A DNA stretch of 64,000 nucleotides from NCBI GenBank assembly GCA_965206595.1, contig OZ242214.1, positions 5,248,001-5,312,000 on the forward strand, in the 5' to 3' direction. Shown here piece by piece: positions 58,993-64,000 of this stretch (within the stretch, counting starts at the first letter, position 1; the number at the start of each line of letters is the position of its first letter). The position numbers and the translations under genes are program-made. Source of the stretch: Candidatus Latescibacterota bacterium. Lineage in GTDB: Bacteria; Latescibacterota; UBA2968; UBA8231. The notes beneath the pieces were generated by a model, which ran no database searches, was not told where the DNA came from, and worked only from the letters and a program-made list of their open reading frames with translations.

Positions 58993-59805
58993 TCAGGCCG
59001 CCACCTCCGCGGCGACCGGAACGTACTCCGGGAACACCTGCGGCCAGCTCTGCCCCGTTTTGTCATGGACGGTCTCCGCGTCGATATAGCAGACACTGAG
59101 AGCGCGGCGGGGCCGGTCCGTGGTGTTGGGCTCGGAGCGGTGCAGGGTCCAGTTGTGGAGGAGCACCACCTCTCCTCTTTCCAGCTCGAGGTGCAGTCGC
59201 TTGTCGTCCGAGGCATGCACGGGAATCTGCTCGGGGTAGAGCCCGTCGTGATTGGCGTTGATCATCGACTTGTGGGACCCGGGGACTATCTGCAGGCAGC
59301 CGTTGGCGACCGAGGTCGCGTCGAGCGCCGTCCAGATGGTGACCACCGGGGAGATGCTCAGGCCCCAGCTGCCGGTTCCGTCTTGGTGCCAGTTGAGCAG
59401 GGTCCCGCGCCCGGCCGGTTTGTTCATGAACATCGAGCGGAATGACGAGACCCTGTCGCCGATGATCTTGCGGGTGATGTCGCGGAACAGCGGCTGCTGG
59501 ATGTAGGCGAGGAAGAGGGGGTCCTGCTCGAGGTCCTGGATCTTGCGGTATTTGAGAGACGAGCCCTTGAACACCTTGGTCTGCCTCGCCTTCTCGGGAT
59601 CCCCGGCGGTCGGACACAGCTGCATCATCATGTTCGGGTAGCTCACCCCACCCAGCATGATCTCGTCGATGCGTTCGCACAGCGCTTCGATCTCCGCCAG
59701 CGGGGCGACGCGGCCGAGTCTGACGTAGCCGTTTTCCCGCCAGTACGACAGCTCGCTCTCGCTGATGGCCGGGGGGTGCAGCGCTTCCTCGTTGTTTCTC
59801 GTCAT
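58993..59805 (-). CDS. PhyH-family Fe(II)/2OG dioxygenase
   Basis: NKP, WHQD, WTALD...NGCLQIVPGSH, HRSEPN and RRA motifs. Confidence 0.92.
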   Translation of the reverse strand: MTRNNEEALHPPAISESELSYWRENGYVRLGRVAPLAEIEALCERIDEIMLGGVSYPNMMMQLCPTAGDPEKARQTKVFKGSSLKYRKIQDLEQDPLFLAYIQQPLFRDITRKIIGDRVSSFRSMFMNKPAGRGTLLNWHQDGTGSWGLSISPVVTIWTALDATSVANGCLQIVPGSHKSMINANHDGLYPEQIPVHASDDKRLHLELERGEVVLLHNWTLHRSEPNTTDRPRRALSVCYIDAETVHDKTGQSWPQVFPEYVPVAAEVAA

Positions 59806-59846
59806 TGCAAAACCTCGTTCCGTCGGGTTGTCGATACGGATGGATC

Positions 59847-61613
59847 TCACTCTGGTCCCTGCCGCCAGCGGCCCTCGAAAACCTGCTGGAGCCAGAGCTC
59901 AAGGGTCAGGTAGCGGCAGAGCTGCTGGCTGCGGTCGCTTCCGTTCAGGTGCTCCTCGAGCGTTGCGGTCACTTCCTTCCCTGAAATGTAGCTCCGATAC
60001 AGGGCGCCGGGGTTGGACAGCAGCTCGGAAAAGGTGCTGCGGGCCGGGTCCCGGCGGATCCATCCGGGGTAATCGAAAAGGCCGGTGTGCTCGCCCCGGC
60101 CCCGGAAGCCCAGCCGTCTCCGCAGCCCGCGGAGCTTTGCGCGCGTCCGGACCGCCCACATGGGCCAAGTGAGAGGCAGCCCCGTGGCCTGCCAGGGGAT
60201 GTCATTGAAGTAGTCGGGGAAGGTGGTCAGAAGCATGGTCCGGTAGAGCCGGTTGTTCCGTTTCAGGGCCGTGGGGAGGGCGAAGAGCAGCTCCTGAAAC
60301 TGGTTGTCGAGAAAGGGGAGGCGGTAGTCGACGCCCCGGGCGATCGCCAGCCGCAGTCCGTGGAGGGTGAAGCAGCGCATGCGATGGGTTATGTAAAGCA
60401 CGTGCGCCGAGCCGGCGTGGGAAAACTCCTCCTCGAGGACCGCGGCGAGGCCGGGGGAGCGCTCCGGGTCGAGGAAAAGCACGTTGCGGGCATAATCGGA
60501 AAAGCAGGCTTCTTCGAACAGGTGGCCGCCGCCGACGATTCCATCTCCACCCGCCCCCGACAGGGCCGTCTCGAACAGATCCCCCAGGCCGGGATACTCG
60601 ACGCCGTGCATGTGGTAGAGGTCGAGCTGGCCGTCGGTCGCCCAGACCCCGCCGATGCGGGGGAGAAACCAGTTTCCGGGACCGATCTCGAAGGTGTGGT
60701 GCCGCGCCCCCTTGCGGGCGGCGGCCATGGCGGCGAAGCGGACCTCGCTGCTGCCCTCGGAGCCGAAGGTCAGGGCCGGGACCGGCTCCTGGCGCTGCGG
60801 CATGGCTGCAAGGATCGCCCGGGAGTCGAGCCCGCCGCTGAGGGTCAGGCCGACGCGCTCTCCCGGTCCGCAGCGCCGTTCGACTGCCCGCACGAACCGC
60901 CTGCCCAGCTCTTCGGCCAGCTCCCGGGGGGATGCTTTGCCGATGTCGGGAGAAACCCTACTCCAGTCCCAGTAGCGCCTTTCCTGTATGGTCCGGTCTC
61001 GGAGGTCCCAGGAAAGGCAGGTTGCCGGCGCCAGGCGCTCGACGTTTTCCAGCCAGGTACGGTTTCCCACGAAGTAGCCGATGCCGAGAAAGGCTTCCAA
61101 AGACAGGCGGTCGAGGACGGGACTGAACCCGGGCAGGTGCAGCAGGGCCTTGGACTCCGTCGCCCAGGCGAGGGCGTCTCCGCGGCGGGTCCAGCAGAGC
61201 TGGCGCAGCCCGTAGCGGTCGGAGACGAGGTGGACCTTCCGGGCCCGGGCGTCGTACACCGCGGCGGCGAAGGTGCCGTCGAGGGTGGCGAGTGCGGAAA
61301 GGTAATCCCCGGTTCGGAACAGGGCGTGGAGGAGCGCAGGGCCGGACGCGGCCTCGGCGCCGGGAATGTGAGTGCTCTCGTCGCCAATCCAGCATTCGCC
61401 ATCCATCCAGACGGTGAGGTCGGCAGTGCTGGAGACCTGTTCCTGCTGCGGATTGGTTGGGACGCAGGACCCCCGAACCCCGGGGAAGGAAAGGCAGGGG
61501 CCGGCTATGTGCTTTTCGTGGTATTGGAGTGCGTCCCGCATCTTGAGCAGGGCGGCGTCGGCCTCCTCATCGCTCCAGCCTGCGGGCGCGGTGAATCCGA
61601 CTATTCCAGGCAC
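59847..61613 (-). CDS. Asparagine synthetase-like (AsnB-fold) amidotransferase lacking the N-terminal Cys
   Basis: DG.FA, DRYG, ATESKAL, LSGGLDSR (PP-loop), G.GGD and PFLD motifs. Begins MPGI rather than MCGI. Confidence 0.88.
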   Translation of the reverse strand: MPGIVGFTAPAGWSDEEADAALLKMRDALQYHEKHIAGPCLSFPGVRGSCVPTNPQQEQVSSTADLTVWMDGECWIGDESTHIPGAEAASGPALLHALFRTGDYLSALATLDGTFAAAVYDARARKVHLVSDRYGLRQLCWTRRGDALAWATESKALLHLPGFSPVLDRLSLEAFLGIGYFVGNRTWLENVERLAPATCLSWDLRDRTIQERRYWDWSRVSPDIGKASPRELAEELGRRFVRAVERRCGPGERVGLTLSGGLDSRAILAAMPQRQEPVPALTFGSEGSSEVRFAAMAAARKGARHHTFEIGPGNWFLPRIGGVWATDGQLDLYHMHGVEYPGLGDLFETALSGAGGDGIVGGGHLFEEACFSDYARNVLFLDPERSPGLAAVLEEEFSHAGSAHVLYITHRMRCFTLHGLRLAIARGVDYRLPFLDNQFQELLFALPTALKRNNRLYRTMLLTTFPDYFNDIPWQATGLPLTWPMWAVRTRAKLRGLRRRLGFRGRGEHTGLFDYPGWIRRDPARSTFSELLSNPGALYRSYISGKEVTATLEEHLNGSDRSQQLCRYLTLELWLQQVFEGRWRQGPE

Positions 61614-61674
61614 GGCGATTGAGGGGGTGCGCTCGACAAGGCCCGGCCGGTGAACCGGTCAGGGGGCACTCGAG

Positions 61675-62454
61675 TCAGATGCTCGGCCTGTCTCGGGAGA
61701 CGGCTTTGCGGAAATGTTTGAGCAGGGACCAGGCAAGGAGAAAGGGAAGCAAGGGGGCCAGAATCGGGCGGGCCGCAATCAGGTGAAGGAAGGCCCGCAT
61801 CTCTCCCCTCCGCATCGCCCGGCGGTTCTCGCTGAGGCCCCCGGCCGTAAGCTGGGGCCGCCCCAGCGCCGTCAGCCTGGCCGGTGAGAAGTAGCAGCCA
61901 TGGCGGGCTGCGGCGATCCGCAGCCAGAGATCGTAGTCCTCGCTGTGCCGCATCCGCTCGTCGAACCGCTGGGCAAGCGAGTGGCGGAGCACCACCGAGG
62001 ACGTCTGGCCCGGGTTCGAAACCAGGAGCCGGCGCAGGGAAAGTCTGGCGGGAGTCGGCTCATGCTCCTCTGATTCCTGCGGACCGACCGCGTAGTCGTG
62101 GGCCAGCCAGTCGATGTTTGGATTTTCGGTGAGCCAGGCATCGACAACTTCCAGCTTTTCTTCATTCCAGCGGTCGTCCGCATCGAGGAAAGCGACGAAG
62201 TCACCGGTGGCCGCTTCCCATCCGGTGTTCCTCGCCGCCGAGGGCCCGCGGTTCCGGGACAGGGTAATGAGCTTCACCAGGCCGCTGTCGCACTCGGCAG
62301 CAAATCGTTGCCGCAGGGATTCGACGGGATGCTCGCTGCTGGCGTCGTCGACGACGATGATCTCGTGGGGCATCAGTCTCTGGTTCAGGCAGCTGTCGAT
62401 CGCCGCAGTGAGGTTCGGGGCGTTGCGGGCCGGGATGACAGCGCTGAATCTCAC
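61675..62454 (-). CDS. Glycosyltransferase family 2
   Basis: SAVIP..N, VVDDAS, N.GPSAARN.G, FLDADD and EDYDLWLR motifs. Confidence 0.92.
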   Translation of the reverse strand: MRFSAVIPARNAPNLTAAIDSCLNQRLMPHEIIVVDDASSEHPVESLRQRFAAECDSGLVKLITLSRNRGPSAARNTGWEAATGDFVAFLDADDRWNEEKLEVVDAWLTENPNIDWLAHDYAVGPQESEEHEPTPARLSLRRLLVSNPGQTSSVVLRHSLAQRFDERMRHSEDYDLWLRIAAARHGCYFSPARLTALGRPQLTAGGLSENRRAMRRGEMRAFLHLIAARPILAPLLPFLLAWSLLKHFRKAVSRDRPSI

Positions 62455-62677
62455 CCCGAGAGCTCCTGTCGCGAATAGTCTTCCATCTCCCGGGTGGGGA
62501 CGGTGGAACGGTCCGTCGAAGAGTCGTTCAAAATGTGAGCAGGTTGGCGGGGATCGCCCGGTGGCGATGTACCGGGCTTGAAATCACGGACATCGCCGTT
62601 CTTCGGGGATGATCAGCGAGGAATGATCGGGGAGGACTGTTGTGTTAGGGCAGATGAAGCGAGACCGGAGGGGTGCG

Positions 62678-63790
62678 TTACGACTCGATCAGCTTCAACT
62701 GGGAGCCGAATGTTACTCCCGCGATTTCGCAGGCCATCTGGATTTTCCTCCGGATGGCCCCTGTGCTGAGATTGTGTCCCAGCCACCATCCATTCCCCAA
62801 GTCCAGAGATCTTTTTTCCATAAGGTCAGGATTTTCGGGGTAAAGTTCATTGCGGTTTCACGCAACCAACCGAAGCTTCCGACCCGGGGTTTGAGCTGCA
62901 AGACGCACCATGAATTCGGGATCTCGACGGTCGAATTCTTTAACCAATTCACCCAAAGTTCGGTAACTGAACCCGGTTTCCACCTGCTTGTTGTCGAGAA
63001 TGTAACCGATGATTCTTGTTGCCTTTTTCTTGTTCGACGGCGGCGGAGTGCTGGAGGAGGAGCTCTTCGATGGCGGGCGTGGGGCTGGCGGTGCGACACT
63101 CGACTTCCTTGGCAAAGTGTCGGAAAGCCGCTCCTTCAGAAACGACACGACATCCTCCGGTTCCGGCTTGGTTCCGCAGGATCTTTCTACCTCTTCAGCA
63201 AGCAGGTCACGAAGCATTTCGTCCGGAGTCTCTAGCAGAGTTCGCCAAGCGCCGGGAATTGCCTTACGGGCTTTCTCCCGCTCCCGGTTGCTCTCGTGTC
63301 GTTTTTCCGCTGAACGCCGGGCTTCTCCTGAAACGACGCGCGTTTTCCGAAGGTGTGTATCCAGAAAACGGGCGTATTCGGGTATCCTCTCTTCCCGCGT
63401 CAACTCCGCCCTATAGAACCGTCGCTCCGCAGGGTCACCCGCCGCCATGCTGAGATAAAAATCCCAGAGGTCGCCGTCCGTCAGAATGAGAAACGGAACG
63501 CCCCTGTTCACCGCATATCGGAACAGCTGCTCCTCTCCCGCGATGTCAACACGACCAAGCCCTTTTGCTTCGATGAAGACCAGCGGCCCTCCTCCTTCCG
63601 GTATCAGCGCGTAGTCAACCCATCCCTTGCCAACGGAGAATTCCGGTTTGAACTCCGCTGGGTTAGTGTCGTCCCAATCGAGGGCCCGAAGAATCGGCAG
63701 GATTATCGCCTGCTTCACCTGGGCTTCATTTTCCAGCGATCCGGAGCGAATGCGCTCGACTGCCACTTTCAGGATTTGTTCCAGACTCAT
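62678..63790 (-). pseudogene. HsdR_N-like PD-(D/E)xK nuclease fused to a SeqA-C-like domain, with an in-frame TGA at 62858-62860
   Basis: NEAQVK..I.PIL.AL.WD...PEF...VDYAL...IEAK...QLFRYA...LTDG..W. The same frame continues past TGA as NRNELYP...GWWLGHNLS...KIQMACEIAG to TAA at 62678. Confidence 0.75.
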
Positions 63791-64000
63791 ATGCCGGGGT
63801 CCCACCGTTTTGATGCTGCTTCAAGCCTCGAAATAAGCCCGCGTATCGAGAGTGGGTCAAGGAAGTTGCCCCGGTCATCTCCGGCAGGAGAGGCCCATGT
63901 ATTGGCGCTTGGAGAACCCTCAGATGCCCCGAGAACCAAGGGGTTTTCTGCAAGATCCTAATCCTGGTGTTACCTCGTCGGGTCGTGAGGGGGCGTAGTG

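Noticed and set aside
59847-61613. Lasso peptide cyclase
   Set aside because: No B1/B2 proteins or precursor peptide are nearby, and the GT2 neighbour points to glycan modification.
18630-62860. TGA recoding (selenocysteine or alternative genetic code) suggested by two in-frame TGAs
   Set aside because: Many intact genes here end in TGA, often in ATGA/TGATG overlaps, and neither site is a Cys-like catalytic position. Point mutation or error is simpler.

Overview
High-GC bacterial window, densely coding, with no rRNA, tRNA or CRISPR array recognised. A secreted protein ending in an NYPNPFN/FlgD-Ig module, several PQQ-type beta-propellers, a TonB-dependent receptor and four PhyH-type dioxygenases suggest a diderm FCB/PVC-like lineage such as Latescibacterota, possibly host-associated (inference only). 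The first 29 kb is mixed metabolism: class III aminotransferase, M24 peptidase, SUI1, SMP-30 lactonases, TPP enzyme, K+ channel, ATP-dependent ligase, dgcN-dgcA, cfa, amidase and an enolase-family dehydratase. The main feature is a co-directional, tightly coupled cluster at 29.2-54.0 kb. It encodes three beta-propeller proteins, an EhpF/GriC-like adenylating enzyme with a GriD-like ALDH-fold partner (putative carboxylate reductase), an Fe-alcohol dehydrogenase, a HemN-like radical SAM enzyme, a TonB receptor, a PaaK-like CoA ligase, a WxWxIP flavin-dependent halogenase-like enzyme, a sodium:solute symporter with a small partner, a GT4 glycosyltransferase, a thioesterase and a LolD/FtsX-type ABC exporter. 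No NRPS, PKS, ACP or core-scaffold gene is visible, so I read it as an uncharacterised import-tailor-export pathway. It is split by an AT-richer Mrr plus truncated transposase insertion. The right end holds an ABC-2 transporter, a broken EEP nuclease, a VapBC45-like toxin-antitoxin pair, surface-glycan genes and an HsdR_N-type nuclease with an in-frame TGA. Several frameshifts and in-frame stops may be pseudogenes or assembly errors. All family calls are from remembered motifs, not database searches.
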